This document shows, one piece after another, positions 11,933-25,025 of a stretch of DNA of 64,000 bases; the stretch's first letter is position 1; every line of letters starts with the position of its first letter. The DNA comes from Chiloscyllium plagiosum (lineage: Eukaryota). A model generated the notes under the pieces. It worked only from the letters and a program-made list of their open reading frames with translations, did no database searches and was not told the origin of the DNA. Made by a program: the position numbers and the translations under genes. The stretch is from NCBI RefSeq assembly GCF_004010195.1, contig NC_057713.1:6721718-6785717 (forward strand), read 5' to 3'.

Positions 11933-12562
11933 TATTCCTAACAATCCCATAGTTGCTATTGGATTAAACTTTAATTGTAGGTGTTTCAGCTATGAATACA
12001 ATTCAAATTTAAGGTGACTGGGGAGTGATACAAAAGAGTCGAGAGTGTGGTGTTGGAAAAACACAGCAGGTCAGGCAGCATCCAAGGAGCAGGAGAGTCA
12101 ATGTTTTGGGCAAAAGCCTTTCATCAGGTCTTCATTCCTCGATTCTAATCTCCAGTATCTGCAGCCTTCAATGTCTCCTAAAGATATAAAAGAGTCCAGA
12201 GGGGCAATTCTTTCACACAAAGGCGGTGAGTGTCTCAAGTGGGCTGCCGGAGGTCATGGTGGAGGCATGTAGACTTTCGCCATTTAAGAAACATTTAGAC
12301 AGGGACATGGATGGGATAGATATGATGGAGTATGGACCAAATACAGGCAAATGGGACTAGTTTAATTGTGAAAACTGGGCAGCATCAACAGGTTGGGCCA
12401 AAGGACCTGTTTCTATGCTGGAGACCTCTATGACACTATGTCAAAGTTTATTTTCCAGTTTGTTACCAGACTATGAAATAAAGGAAAAAGAATTATAGTT
12501 TGAAGTTACGTTGTACACTATTAGTCGTAAGTATTATACATAAATATTTTAAGTAAAAGATT

Positions 12563-14108
12563 ATAAAGTCATAGAGTTATATAGCACGGAAACAGACCCT
12601 TCAGTTCGACTTGTCCACGCCAACCAGATATCCTAACCTACTTTAGTCCCATTTGCCAGCATTTGGCCCATATCCCTTTAAACCCTTCCTATCCATATAC
12701 ACATCTAGGTGCCTTTTAAATATCATAATTGGACCAGTTTCCACCACTTCCTCTGGCAGCTTGTTCCATACACGCACCACCCTCTGTGTGAAAACGTTTT
12801 CTCTTAGGTTCTATTCAAATCTTTCCCCTCTCACCTTAAACCTATGCCCTCTAGTTCTGTACTCCCCATCCTGGGAAAAAGAACTTGTCTATTCACCATA
12901 TCCATGCTCCTCATGATTTTATAAACCTCCTCATGATTTTATAAGGTCACCCCTCAGGCTCCAATTCTCCAGGGAAAGTAGCCCCAGCCTATTTAGTCTC
13001 TCCCTATAGCTCAAATCTTCCAACCCTGGCAGCATCCCTGTCAATCTTTTCTGAACCCTTTCAAGTTTCACAACATCCTTTCTATAGCAGGGAAACCAGA
13101 ATTGCACGCAGTGTTCCAAAAGTGGCCTAACCAATGTTCTGCACAGCCGCAACATGCCATCCCAAGTCCCATACAGAACAACCTCGATTATCCGAATTTC
13201 GGATTTTCCGAGCAAGATTTCAAGGTCCCATAAAAATACTATCCATTATCCAAACTCTCAGTTATCCGAACAAAATACTCCCCGCCTGTCTTGTTCAGAT
13301 AATCGAGGTTGTTCTGTACTCAGTGGACTGACCAGTAAAGGCAAGCATACCAAATGCCTTCTTCACAACCCTGTCTTACTGTAACTCCACTTTCAAAGCA
13401 CTATGAACCTGCACTCCGAGTTCTCCTGCCCTGATTTCCTTCCATAATGTAGCACTTCACATTTATCTAAATTAAACTTCATTTGCCACTCCTCAGCCCA
13501 TTGACCCATCTGATCAAGATCCCATTGTAATCTGAGGTAACCTTCTTCACTGTCCACTAACACCTCCAACTTTGGTGTCATCTGCAAACTTGCGAAGCAT
13601 ACCTCCAATGTTCGCATCCAAATCATTTTTATGAATAACAAAAAGCAGTGGACCAAGCACGGATCCTTGTGGCACACCTCTGGCCACAGGCCTCCAGTCT
13701 GAAAAGCAACCTTCCACCACCAGCCGCTGTCTACCTTTAAGCCAGTTCTGCATCCAAATAGCTAGTTCTTCCTCTATTCCATGTGATCTAACCTTGCTAG
13801 CCAGTCTACCATGAGGAACCTTGTCGAACGCTTTACTGGAGCCCATATAGATCACACCCATCGCTCTGCACTCACTAATCCTCTTCATTACTTCTTCAAA
13901 AAACGCAATCAGATTAGTGAGATACGATTTCCCGCACACAAAGCCATGTTGACTATCCTTAATCAGTCCTTGCCTTTCCAAATACATGCAAATCTTGTGT
14001 CTCAAAATTCCCTCCAACAACGAGCCCGCCACCAATGTCAGACTCACTGGTTTATAGCTCCTTGGCTTTTCCTTACTACCTTTCTTAAATAGTGGCACTG
14101 CATTAGCG
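12563..14108 (-). mobile_element. CR1 LINE, 5'-truncated (RT to 3' tail), decayed
   Basis: ORF fragments KAFDKVPHGRL, GVPQGSVLGPLLF, KFADDTK, RPLLEHCVQFW, LRGDLI; ctatgact-type tail at the left end. Confidence 0.92.
13174..13316. mobile_element. Tc1/mariner (Tigger/pogo-like) MITE nested in CR1
   Basis: TA-CAGAACAACCTCGATTATCCGAA ... TTCAGATAATCGAGGTTGTTCTG-TA: 23-bp TIR with one mismatch and a TA TSD. Confidence 0.88.
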
Positions 14109-14664
14109 GTAGGGGATGCCACTTCCACAAGGGGTCATTCTATGAGTTTCAGTGCCTTAAGAACAGGTTATTCCTTGAGCACAGATTCAATCCTTGATCT
14201 CTCTCACCCATACCCCTCTCCCTGTCTTTCTCTAGTACATGTCGAGGACAGTAGCTTTTATTTGTCATTTCTATCATATACAACTCATACAGTAAAAACG
14301 AGAGAGTGTTCCTCCAGTACCAAGAGTGCTACATGGACAGCATAAACTACACAATGTGCTGATCCCACCACTGCACGTCATCCCTATCTTGAATGCTATG
14401 GCCCTTTCTCATCTAATCTGCTGTCAAACACATCTGAGGAATCCCATTTTAAACTGATGTTGTCAGTTTGAAACCCTCAGTGAATGAAGAATGCTATTCC
14501 CATTCTAGAAACCCCTTTCAAACATGTACCAGGGCAGCTGCAACAATTGAGGTTTTATTCAGATAGGACAGTGTCAAGTTTAAATCTCCAACTGACCTGC
14601 TGCACAAAGTCACCTCCGATTCACTGGTCAGTTTCCCAAGTTTCATGTTGCCCCAGAAATATTT

Positions 14665-15520
14665 GTGATGTGGAGGTGCCGGTGTTGGACTGGGATGGAC
14701 AAGGTCGGAAGTCAGACAGCATCAGGTTATAGTCTAACAGGCTTATTTGAAATCACGAGCACTACCCTTTTGTCAGGTGAAGTGAGGAGACCACCCAGGC
14801 ACAGAATTTATAATCAGTGCAATCAAAAATCATACAAATGGTGTACTCAGTCTGAGTAAAGTCTGAATAGCAAGAAAAGGGATGACCTATAATCTGATTA
14901 ATTGAGACACAGAGATAATTATAAAAAATTTAAAATAATGTGGTGCTGGAGACAAGCCAAATGATATCTGGATGTGTTTAGAGGGATATGGGCAAAGTGA
15001 TGGCAAATGGGACCAGATTAATTTATAATATCTGGTCGGCATGGACGAGTTGGACTGAAGGGTCTGTTTCTGTGCTGTACATCTCTATGACTCTACGACT
15101 GGAATAACATGATGCGTATAAGAGTCACATGCCGAGGTTCCAACCAAAGTAGGAGAAAGTGAGGACTGCAGATGCTGGAGATCAGAGCTGAAAATGTGTT
15201 GCTGGAAAAGCGCAGCAGGTCGGGCAGCATCCAAGGAGCAGGAGAATCGACGTTTCGGGCATGAGCCCTTCTTCAGGAAATCCCGAAACGTCGATTCTCC
15301 TGCTCCTTGGATGCTACCTGACCTGCTGCGCTTTTCCAGCAACGCATTTTCAGTTCCAACAAGTAATCCAAAACTGTACAAACTAACTAAGGCAGAGAAA
15401 TCATAACAACTTGTCAAGCCGATGGTGTCAAAATAGGACAGTAATGGAGATTTTACAGGTAGAAAACAAAGTGGTGGGGTCACGTAGGCGTGACATGAAC
15501 CAAGATATTTGGATAGACTG
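14665..15520 (-). mobile_element. Penelope-family B 3' fragment with nested CR1 tail (about 14965-15095) and family A fold-back (about 15150-15355)
   Basis: Terminus gatgtggaggtgccggtgttggactgggg...ggttatagtc is shared with 28190-30037 and 55250. The ORF-end motif LGSCHA/gacatgaacc matches 29440. Confidence 0.65.
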
Positions 15521-16254
15521 TGAGCGATGTCAATCAGAGAGCCCACCCACTCTGCCAATTGTCTCCTCTTCCTCTTCCGGAGCTAGTTCACTTCCCATAG
15601 GGACTGAAAACCAAGTGAGGAGATGGCGAGTGAAGGAGCAGCTTTTATACAAATTGTACCCAAAGTATCCACACCAGTCTTCGGGCAGTCTGACTATCCC
15701 GTTGGCAATCAGGGCTAAGAGAGCGGTTTACTGGGTGTTCTGTGCTGAATTGTTTGACTGGAGCTGTGTGCTGGATATAGAGTCTGGGAGTATTTCCCTT
15801 CTGAATTACAAGCTGAATTTTGTTGAAGGCTCATTCCTGAATATGAGAAGGTAAGGTGTAACTGTCCGGGAGGTGAAGAGTTTCTGAGGGGTTTAACTTA
15901 TTTCCTATTGTTGTGTTCTGTGTGTGTGTGTGTGTGTTTGTTGGGAGCTGTGCACTGTGAATTGTCATTTCTATCTTGTGTGTTTGAATCTGGATGTTGC
16001 TTGTTTCTTCAAATCCTTCCAATCACCCTATCTCTCTAACCTCATCAACAAGTCAGTCAAAGAGTTGTATTTAGATAAAGCCTTTCACGACGACCTGCAA
16101 AAATATTTTGCAGGCAATGAAGGGCTTTTGAAATGGAGTCATTGTTTGGGCAACGTCACAGCTGGTGTGTGCACAGCATGTTCCCACAAACTGCAGTTTG
16201 ATGACGATCAGATCATGTTTTTTTAATGCTGTTGATTAGAGATTAATGCAGGCC

Positions 16255-16400
16255 AGGACAATAGAGATACCCCTCAGCCATCACATTCTTCTCCAGAATA
16301 GTGCCATGGGATCTTTATATCCCCACTTCAGACAGAGAAGGAGGGGGTCAGATTTGAGATCACATCTGAAAGACATTGCAGCTCTGCCACACTCCTCTTA
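16255..16400 (-). mobile_element. Deu-domain SINE (SacSINE1/AmnSINE-like) fragment
   Basis: aatagtgccatgggatcttt...catctgaaagac is the reverse complement of the Deu core as I recall it. Similar degenerate copies at about 34250-34580 and 62030-62165. Confidence 0.55.
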
Positions 16401-17630
16401 TATTTGACTATTGGTTCGCTATTACCATTCCTGGCTCTTGTTGTCATTTCCTGATGTTGATCAGAGAGACCAATGGTGCCCTGCCGCAGCTCATCTGCTT
16501 GTAAAACCAACATCCATACTTTTGTAGGCTTTAGAGTCAATTATTCCAGTGCTCTCGTAGCTGCTTTCAAATAGTGCATTGTAAACCTGAGCTCATCCAA
16601 AATTCTGCTCCCTTTTCTTCATTGATACTAAGACCTGTTCCCCAATCAGCCCTACGCTTAGTGACCTACCTTGGTTCCTAGTCAAGCAACACAGCAGTTT
16701 TAAATTTCTCCTCCTTGTTTTCAGATTCTTCCATGACCTTCTTCCTCCCAATCGCTTCATTTTCATTTCAATTCAGTTGCTGTACCTAGAGACACACTTA
16801 TTGATATGTCTTTTCATGCCTTCTTTGAAGATTTTACCTGAGGGCATAACCCTTTCCCTAAAACCTTGGGGCTGTGGCTGATTTGGGGTGTACAGTCTGA
16901 GTGGGTGCAGTGTATCTAACTTCTCAGGATAAACTTGACGCCTTCAATCAACTACACTGAAGTAATATTTTCCTCAGCTTCTAGCAACATTGTGCTTTCT
17001 TCAAATATTTTCTAAATCAAGAAAAGAATTTTCAAAATCTCCACCGAATTAACATTTCTGCTCAGTTTTTAAAATATTAAGCATGTTTTCTTAGGATAAA
17101 ACTGACCTTCACCAACTTAACACGAGCAGATAGTAAATTGTGAGTCTCTTTTGCTTGTGAGAGTTTTCTTACATAATTTTGAAAAATGAAAGGAGAAAAT
17201 TCTAAACTCTGATTAAAACATTTGTATGATTTTTTTTCAGACTACCCTCTAGTGAACACAGTGTAAACATCACAGTACTTGGGAAGGTTGGGGCCTGAGT
17301 AGAGGAAAGAAAGTAGCCATGCAGTCTGCTACTGAACGTTATCTACTGCTGGGAAGGGAGGGTGTGTGAGGAAAGAGAAAGGAGTTATATGTGACACCCA
17401 ATGTACCCCAAAACACGCACGAACACAAACACACACAATATTAACACGGTGGAACAGTCTCTAACTGAGGTGTCAGGCTCTTCAGGAAAGGAGGAGAGGG
17501 AATCAGAGGAAATAACGTTTTCTTTTCCTGTTTTACAGAAGGATATTACTGTACGACATCAGAGAATACAAAGAAGATAGACAGCGCAGCTGGATCCTGA
17601 CCATCACCCAAGGAGCAACCGCACAACAAC

Positions 17631-18314
17631 ATGAATGAGAAACCAACTGAGTGTGAGGAACATGACCAGGTTTGCACACAGTCATCAGCAGCCATGAATC
17701 ACCAACACACTCAAGGAGATGAGAAACCATTCAGGTGTGAGTTGTGCAAAAAGTCATTCTCGAAATCATGCAACCTCCACAGGCACCAACGCACACACAC
17801 AGGAGAGAAACCGTTCATGTGTGAGGTGTGTGATAAAGCATTTGCAGACTTATCGACACTCCGTGCACACCAACCTATTCATACAGGGGGGAAGCCAGTC
17901 AAGTGTGAGGTGTGTGATAAATCCTTTTCACTTTTAAGGAGCCTCCTGGTTCATCAGAAGATCCATACAAGGGAGAAATCCTTCAAGTGTGAGGTTTGCG
18001 GTAAAGCTTTTGCAACATCTTCGAGCTTCCTGAAGCACCAGATGATTCACACCGGAGAGAAACCCTTCCAATGTGGTGTCTGTAAAAGGTCTTTCATCCA
18101 GTCCTCTGATCTCCTGAGGCATCAGAGGATTCACACAGGAGAGAAACCCTTTAAATGTGACCTCTGTGACCGAGTGTTCAGACAGTCATCGACCCTTGTG
18201 GATCACCGGCGTATTCACACGGGGGAGAAGCGGTTCCCATGTGAGGTGTGTGACAAGTCTTTCTCAAGGTCTTCATACCTCCTGCGACATCAGAGGATTC
18301 ACACAGGGGAGTAA
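17631..18314 (+). CDS. Tandem C2H2 (Kruppel-type) zinc-finger protein, 227 aa, 7 intact fingers plus 1 degenerate N-terminal finger; no KRAB/SCAN/BTB seen
   Basis: Repeated CxxC-x12-HxxxH with TGEKPF-type linkers. In-frame stop upstream at 17598. Strong acceptor tcttttcctgttttacAG ending at 17538 suggests a spliced 5' UTR. Confidence 0.85.
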   Translation: MNEKPTECEEHDQVCTQSSAAMNHQHTQGDEKPFRCELCKKSFSKSCNLHRHQRTHTGEKPFMCEVCDKAFADLSTLRAHQPIHTGGKPVKCEVCDKSFSLLRSLLVHQKIHTREKSFKCEVCGKAFATSSSFLKHQMIHTGEKPFQCGVCKRSFIQSSDLLRHQRIHTGEKPFKCDLCDRVFRQSSTLVDHRRIHTGEKRFPCEVCDKSFSRSSYLLRHQRIHTGE

Positions 18315-19371
18315 TCCTTCAGCTCTTACAAAGAGACTCTCAACTAAATATCTGATCTTCCAAGACACCAGTGACTCCATATTGGTGAGAAACTTGGTCC
18401 ATCAACACACTTGCACAAGGGAGAAACACTTCTGGTGTCGGTTCTGTAATGATTGTGTCAGACCTCCAGGAACATCAGCAAACCCGCAAGGGAGACAAAA
18501 CATTCCAGTGTCCTCCTCCCCCTCCCTCACCAGACACCGATGTCTCCACATGGTCTTGGAGCACGGTCACCTGATTCTCTTACACTGCGTGCTGTCTGTG
18601 TTGTTTACCCTGCAGTGCTCAGACAGGGGAAACTGTCTGTCTCAAACCTCTCCCACCATCGGTCCAATCATTTCAAGAAGGTCAATTTAACATTTGACCA
18701 ATGACCAAAGAAAGACATCAATATGTATAGAAGCTTCTGTATAAAACTCAGCATCCTTTCAGTGCTGACTCTCACTCTGACCAAAAAGACGATCAGACAC
18801 TCAGCGGTTAGAATACAATCAACCAGCACACGGACCTGGGGGAGGAACCACTCCTGGGGTGGTTATGGAGGTACCTCGATTAAGCCCCCCAGTGTCCCTG
18901 GCCTATGAAGTGGCCAGGAATCCTGTTCCTCATCAGTGAGCTCAGCTGGGAAGTCAGAGGGAAGACGGGATGTGTCTCGGCTGAGACAGTCTCCATTATC
19001 TCACAACGTTCACTGTCTGGTTCTCCACCTGCTGAACGGCCACTCAGCCAGAGCACTCGAGGCCAATCAATGTCCACAGTCCGTCCTCCAGGAGGATTTA
19101 GATGGAACGTGAGAAGACAACAGCTTGCATTTACATAGCACCTTGATACAGTAAAATGTAGAGGTGTAATCAGATGAAAATTAACACAGAGACCGAGAAG
19201 GAGGGATGAACAAAAATGTGATCAAAGACGTGAGTTTAATAAGGATCCAAATGGCAAAGAAAGATAAAGATGCAGAGAGGTTTAAGAGGGAATTCTAAAG
19301 ATTTCATAACACTGGAGGAGCATCTGTTCCAAGCAGTGTTAGTATGAGAGTGGTTGCCTATATGGAAAAGG

Positions 19372-19712
19372 GGAGGCAATGGGCTAGTGGTATTAACACT
19401 AGATTATTAATCCAGAGACTCAGGTAATTTTCTCCAGACCTGGGTTCGAATCCTGCCATGGCAGACAGTGGAACTTGAATTTGATGAATCCTGGAATGAA
19501 GAGACTAATGATATCCATGAATCCATTGCCGATTGTCGGAAAAACCCATCTGGGTCACTAATGTCCTTTAGGGAAGGAAACTGCCATCCTTACCTGGTGT
19601 GGCCTCCATGTGACTCCAGACCCACAGCAATGTGGTTGACTCTTAACTTAGGGATGGGCAATAAATGCTGGTATAGCAAGCGATGCTCTCATCCCATGAA
19701 TGAATTAAAAAA
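19372..19712 (+). mobile_element. tRNA-derived SINE with a 3' tail shared with the CR1/L2-clade LINE
   Basis: ggctagtggtatt A-box and gggttcgaatcc B-box; tail gggatgggcaataaatgctgg matches the LINE end at about 40703-40760. Minus-strand copies at about 30190-30520, 34625-34910, 37860-38010 plus 38930-39110, and 63700-64000. Confidence 0.75.
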
Positions 19713-19962
19713 AATGAACCCTTTAAGTGTAAGATTTGCATTCAGGTTTTTGTGGTTCTTAGAGCTTTCTGAGATGTCAGGAGAGTTACACAGGGTGTGT
19801 GTAGTGAGCAACTCAGTCTTCAGACCTCATACCACTTACTCTCTCGCACCGTTGCAGATTTGTCCTTTTCAATAATTCAATTCCCTCTTTGAACCTGCCT
19901 CCAACACCCTCTTGATAGTCTATTCCAGATCCCACTCCAGGTTTTCTGACTGTGGATCATGA

Positions 19963-20195
19963 CCTCTGGTGATATTGGCTGAAAATGTGTTGCTGGAAAA
20001 GCGCAGCAGGTCAGGCAGCATCCAAGGAACAGGAGAATCGACGTTTCGGGCATGAGCCCTTCTTCAGGACTCATGCCCGAAACGCGATTCTCCTGTTCCT
20101 TGGATGCTGCCTGACCTGCTGCGCTTTTCCAGCAACACATTTTCAGCTCTGATCTCCAGCTTCTGCAGTCCTCACTTTCTCCTCTGGTGATATTG
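19963..20195. mobile_element. Penelope-derived fold-back element (family A), 15-bp TSD
   Basis: Inverted arms meet at about 20065. TSD cctctggtgatattg at 19963-19977 and 20181-20195. Confidence 0.85.
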
Positions 20196-21377
20196 CCAGC
20201 TGAAATGTTGGCATTGTGATCCCATGCAGTGACATCTGCTATGGAGCTGGGACTGAATTCTAATAGCTGCGCGGCCCTTTAAATTATCAAAGCCTTCCAC
20301 TTATTGATGTATCCTACACACTCAATAAGAACAGCCTAAATCGCATCTTCTGCTGAAAAACCTAGTAGCAAAGTAGGTGCTTTTGATTTAAAATCCCTAT
20401 TGATTTATCATTTTTATCTCCCACATCTTTCCTCATGGTTTGCCAGTTACTGAAAATCTGTATTTTCTGGTTCTCAACCCTTTTACAAATGAGAACAATT
20501 TCTCCTTATATAATCTGTCCAGACCCCTCATCATTTTCAATAGGTCTATGGCATCTGAACTCCTTCTCCAACAAGAGCAGTCCAAATCTCTGCAGTAACT
20601 GAAGTATGTTCTCATGAATCTTCTCTGGCATCTTATCTAATATCCCCACAATCTTCCTAAAGAGTGGTCCCACAACTGAATGCAGTACTCCAGCTGAGAC
20701 CAATTTTGTAGATATTTAGCATTACTTTTTTTCTTTTTGTTCTCTGTGTCTCACTGATAAACCTTGCAATGCCATTACCTTCTTTAACTGCCTTCCAAAT
20801 CTGTGGAGATAAAGCAGAGTTAAGGTTTTGGGTCTTCAGAACTGAAGAAGGGTCATTGAACCCCTCAGTCTGTTTTCTCTCCACAGAAGGCAAACTTGCT
20901 GAGTTTACCCAGCAATTTCTTTTTGTTTATGATTTCCTGCATTAGCAGTTCTTTCATTTTGTTTTAGTTAGACACTATTTTTCCTTAACAAATCCGCGAA
21001 GCACTTCTGAATTTACCCACATTCTTCCATGTGACTAATAATTCTGTCCTGAATAACTGTTTCTGGACGCTACCCCACTACTGAGAGTAAATGGCTTGTC
21101 TGTAATTTCTGGGCCAAACTTTACAATTTAAGACATTTCAAAGGAACAATTATCAAGCAAACTTTGACATCAAGTCACTTGAGGAGATAGGATAAATAAG
21201 GAAAGGGATGATAGAATCATAAATGTTTAAAGGAATATCTTAAAAAAGGTAAGGGAGAGATGAGAAATATTGGGATTGTCACTGGGCAATTCTTACCTTC
21301 ATATTGACAAATAAACTGGTTCAATCTTCCTTCAGTGTCTTGGTGAATATTGAGTTTGCGGAACAACGAAACCTGTA

Positions 21378-21596
21378 CAGCTGGTTCTGCTATAATGTGT
21401 GTTTCTTAAACACGAATTGGATATAACCGGATTGAAGAATTTAGACCATTATTTGTAGAAGGTAAACTTCCCTTTCCTGTATTGGCTATAACATAATTCT
21501 GGCCCCATTGGTTTAAATGATGCTGCTAAGACAGGATTTTCTTACAACATGGGATTGCACAGGAACGGAACTGTCGCGTTCTGTCAGAACAGACTG
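21378..21596. mobile_element. Tigger-like MITE
   Basis: TA-CAGCTGGTTCTGCTATAA ... TTCTGTCAGAACAGACTG-TA: imperfect TIRs and TA TSD. Confidence 0.7.
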
Positions 21597-21879
21597 TACT
21601 ATAAAGAATGCAAAATGAGAACAAGCCACCAGAGGGCGATAACATACAATAGCACAGAGCTCAGGATCAAGGACCATGGCTACTTTGTAGTGGAGTAATT
21701 AAAATCAGGAACAATCAAGAAAATGTTGGAAGGACACAAGATCCCAGAGGGTTGTGATGCTGGAGGAGCTTGTGAAGATAGAGTGAGGCATTGAAAGGAT
21801 GGAAAAGCATGTGTGAGAATTTTAAAAATCAATCTGGTACATAACAGACTGGAACGGCACGGTTCAAAGTTTGGGAGAA

Positions 21880-22175
21880 CGGCATGGTGGCTCAGTGGTT
21901 AGAACTGCTGCCTCACAGCACCAGGGACCTGGGTTCGATGCCTGCCTATCTGTGTGGAGTTTGCACATTTTCCCAGTGTCTGCGTGGGTTTCCTCCGGGT
22001 TCTCCGGTTTCCTCCCACAAGCCAAAGATGAGCAGGTCAGGTGAATTGGCCATGTTAAATTACCCACGGTGTTAGGTGCGTTAGTCAGGGGTAAATATAG
22101 GGTAGGGGAATGGGTTTGGGTGGGTTAGACTTGTTAGGCCGAAGGGCCTGTTTCCACACTATAAGGAATCTAATA
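21880..22175 (+). mobile_element. HE1-like V-SINE
   Basis: ggcatggtggctcagtggttag...gggttcgatgcc head; same body and tail as 11595. Confidence 0.85.
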
Positions 22176-22568
22176 ACAAAACCTCCAAAGTGCCAGAGGA
22201 CAGGTGGTCAGTGACTCTGAAGGAAAATCCTGTACAGGTCAATGTGAAACTACAGCAAGATCTATTGACGTATTCTGGTTTTGTTGTGGTCTGATCTGGA
22301 TTTGTAACGAAGGCACCACAAGAATGGTCATTCTGTTGCTCTGAAATCTACCAGATTTTTTCCACACTTAAACCAAGCCTCTGTGCATCATTCATTTGAG
22401 TGTTAGGTTCATCAGATAATTTGTCTTATTTTTGTTTTTAGACTGCCCCTGCACCACGCCAACCTCTATTCTTTCCTCATTTATGATTGCAGCAATTCAA
22501 TATAAATAAAAACACATTATGTTTACTGTTGTTTTCCATGATACTACAGACGAAAGGGTTGTGGGATC

Positions 22569-23192
22569 TGTTATGGACCAGACCAAACCCCCTAAAAATA
22601 CATTCAGAAGACACCTAGATCCTAACTTTTTTTTATTTTAAAGGCAAGTGTCAGACCTTGCAGTCCAGATGCAATTTGATTGATTAAACTGCCAGTTTGG
22701 AAGCAAGCACACTTTATTCATACCTATGCTTAAAATACAACTAAAAAAAAGGAATAATTTAACTCTATTGGAAAATGTGACCGAATAACAGATTATTTAA
22801 CTGCTGAACAGTGACTGTTCCAATGTAGTAACAATCCACTCCCTTGACAAAAGCAAATTCAGAAAAATAGATTGTCTCACATGCAATTTTAACAATAGGG
22901 AGAGAACTCCAGCTTTTAGCTGTAACAGAGAGAGGAAAAACAGCTTCCACATTTAGCTTCAAGACCCCAGCATATGCTACTGAAAATTAAAACTAAAAAT
23001 CCTGATTCTGTGGAAGTTTGATCCCACCCGTTCAGGCTACTTCTATTGTTCCAACTTAAAAAAAACCCAAGGCCTCACAAACTGTTCACTCTACTGTTTC
23101 TGAGTAGACTGTTTGGCATCTCTCTCTCTCAACTTTTCTTCATAAAAAAATTCAGAACGAAATACACCTCTTAAAGCCATAATATCATCACA
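22569..23192. mobile_element. Solo LTR (624 bp) with 4-bp TSD
   Basis: GATC-TGTTATG ... CATCACA-GATC: TG...CA ends, imperfect terminal inverted repeat and exact GATC duplication. Confidence 0.75.
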
Positions 23193-25025
23193 GATCATAT
23201 ACAAGTGACCACTCAAATTTCTGTACATCAAAGGGGTGTAGCCAGAGACATCTTTTTGGACTCCAAAGTGAGAAAATATATCATCTTTGTAGAAATCCAG
23301 CCTTTATTGTGCCTTGGTGGACGAGGACAAATGTGGGGAAAGATTTTGTATCAGTGCTCAACGGGAATCCAGAGAAAAGGCTGCAAGAGGAGAGCCATAG
23401 GGAAGATGCACAGTTCCTAGACCCCAGACAGGATCCTACCAGGATCTTGGCCTCGGGCAAAGTAAACATTCAGGAAAAAGAGAAACACGGAAACTAAGAA
23501 AGAAAGACAGAGAAGTACACTCACAAATGGAGAAAGAGTGAGCGAAATTCCCGAGTGGTTATGAGTACAAACGTTTGAAATTAATGTGGACAGCTCAGCA
23601 GCAGGCACTGTAATTACTGTACTATGTATTCTGCAACAAGAATGTGTCAGACAGGGTACAGTCACAATAAACAAACGTGTTAATCAAAAGGCACTGGGCA
23701 TTGAATGACATTAGTCAACAGCAAGGAATTCTTTCTGAATAATCATGCTTCATTTTGATTAGATCATAAAATTATACAGTACAATCTGGAGGTCGTTCGG
23801 CCCAACAAGTCCATATTCCAAAGCCACACAATCTACACAAGTCCTATCTTTCTGCACTTGGCCCATAGCCTTGAATATTATGACACTTAGAGTGCCCATT
23901 CAAACACTTTTTAAAGGTTGTAAAGTTTCCTGCTTCAAATACCCTCCCAGGCAGCGCATTCCAGACCTCTGAGTGAAGAAACCTTTCTTTAAATCCCTTC
24001 AAAACCTCCTGTCTTTCACATTAAAATCATGCCCCATTGTTATTGAATCTTCAGCTAAGGGGAACAATTGACAATCGCTTTCTATTCTCCCTGTCCATTC
24101 CCGTCAAAATCTTATACATTTTCCTCAGGTTCCCACCTCAACCTTTTCTGCTCCAAAGAAAACAACCAGAGCTCATCCAGCCTCTCTTCAGTGTTGAAGA
24201 GCACCATCCCAGATAACATCCTGCTGAGTCTCCTCTGCACCTCCTCCACTGCAATCATGTCCTTCCTTTAGTGTGGTGACCAGCACTGTACCTCTCCACT
24301 GACATTCTCATTCGTTTGGTTGAACTGGTCCTCACCCTCAATAATTTATCTTTTGAATCCTCCCACTTCCTCCAGACGAAAAGGGTAGCCATGGGCCCTA
24401 GCTATGCCTGTCTCTTTGCCGGTTATGTAGAACAATCAGTCTTCTGCAGTTATACCGGCGCCATTCCCCAGCTCTTCCTCCACTGTATTGATGACTGCAT
24501 TGGCGCCACCTCATGCTCCCGCGAGGAGGTTGAACAGTTCAACTTCACCAATACATTCCACCCCAACCTTAAGTTCACCTGGACCATCTCAGACATCTTC
24601 CTATCCTTCCTGGGCATCTCCATCTCCATCAACGGTGACCAACTCAACACAGGCACCTTCTACAAACCCACCAACTCCCACAGCCATTTGGACTACAACT
24701 CCCACCCTGCCTCCTGTAAAAACTCTATCCCTTATTCCCAATTCCTCTGCCAGTGCAGCATCTGCTCCCAGGAGGACCAGTTCCAGCACAGAACACACCA
24801 GATGGCCTCCTTCTTCAAAGACCACAATTTTCCCTCCCATGTGGTTGATGAAACCCCATCTGCTTTTCATAAAGACCATTCCTTCTGCAACTCTCTTGTC
24901 AGGTCCATGGCCCCCACCAATCCACTCTCCCCTCCCGGTACCTTCCCCTGCCACCGCGCGAATTGCAAAACCTGTGCTGACACCACCCCCCTCACCTCTG
25001 TCCAAGGCACAAAAGGAGCCTTCCA

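Noticed and set aside
15411-15854. 147-aa ORF upstream of the zinc-finger gene
   Set aside because: Starts inside a Penelope remnant and has no domain. The region may be a non-coding first exon, but that cannot be supported from sequence alone.
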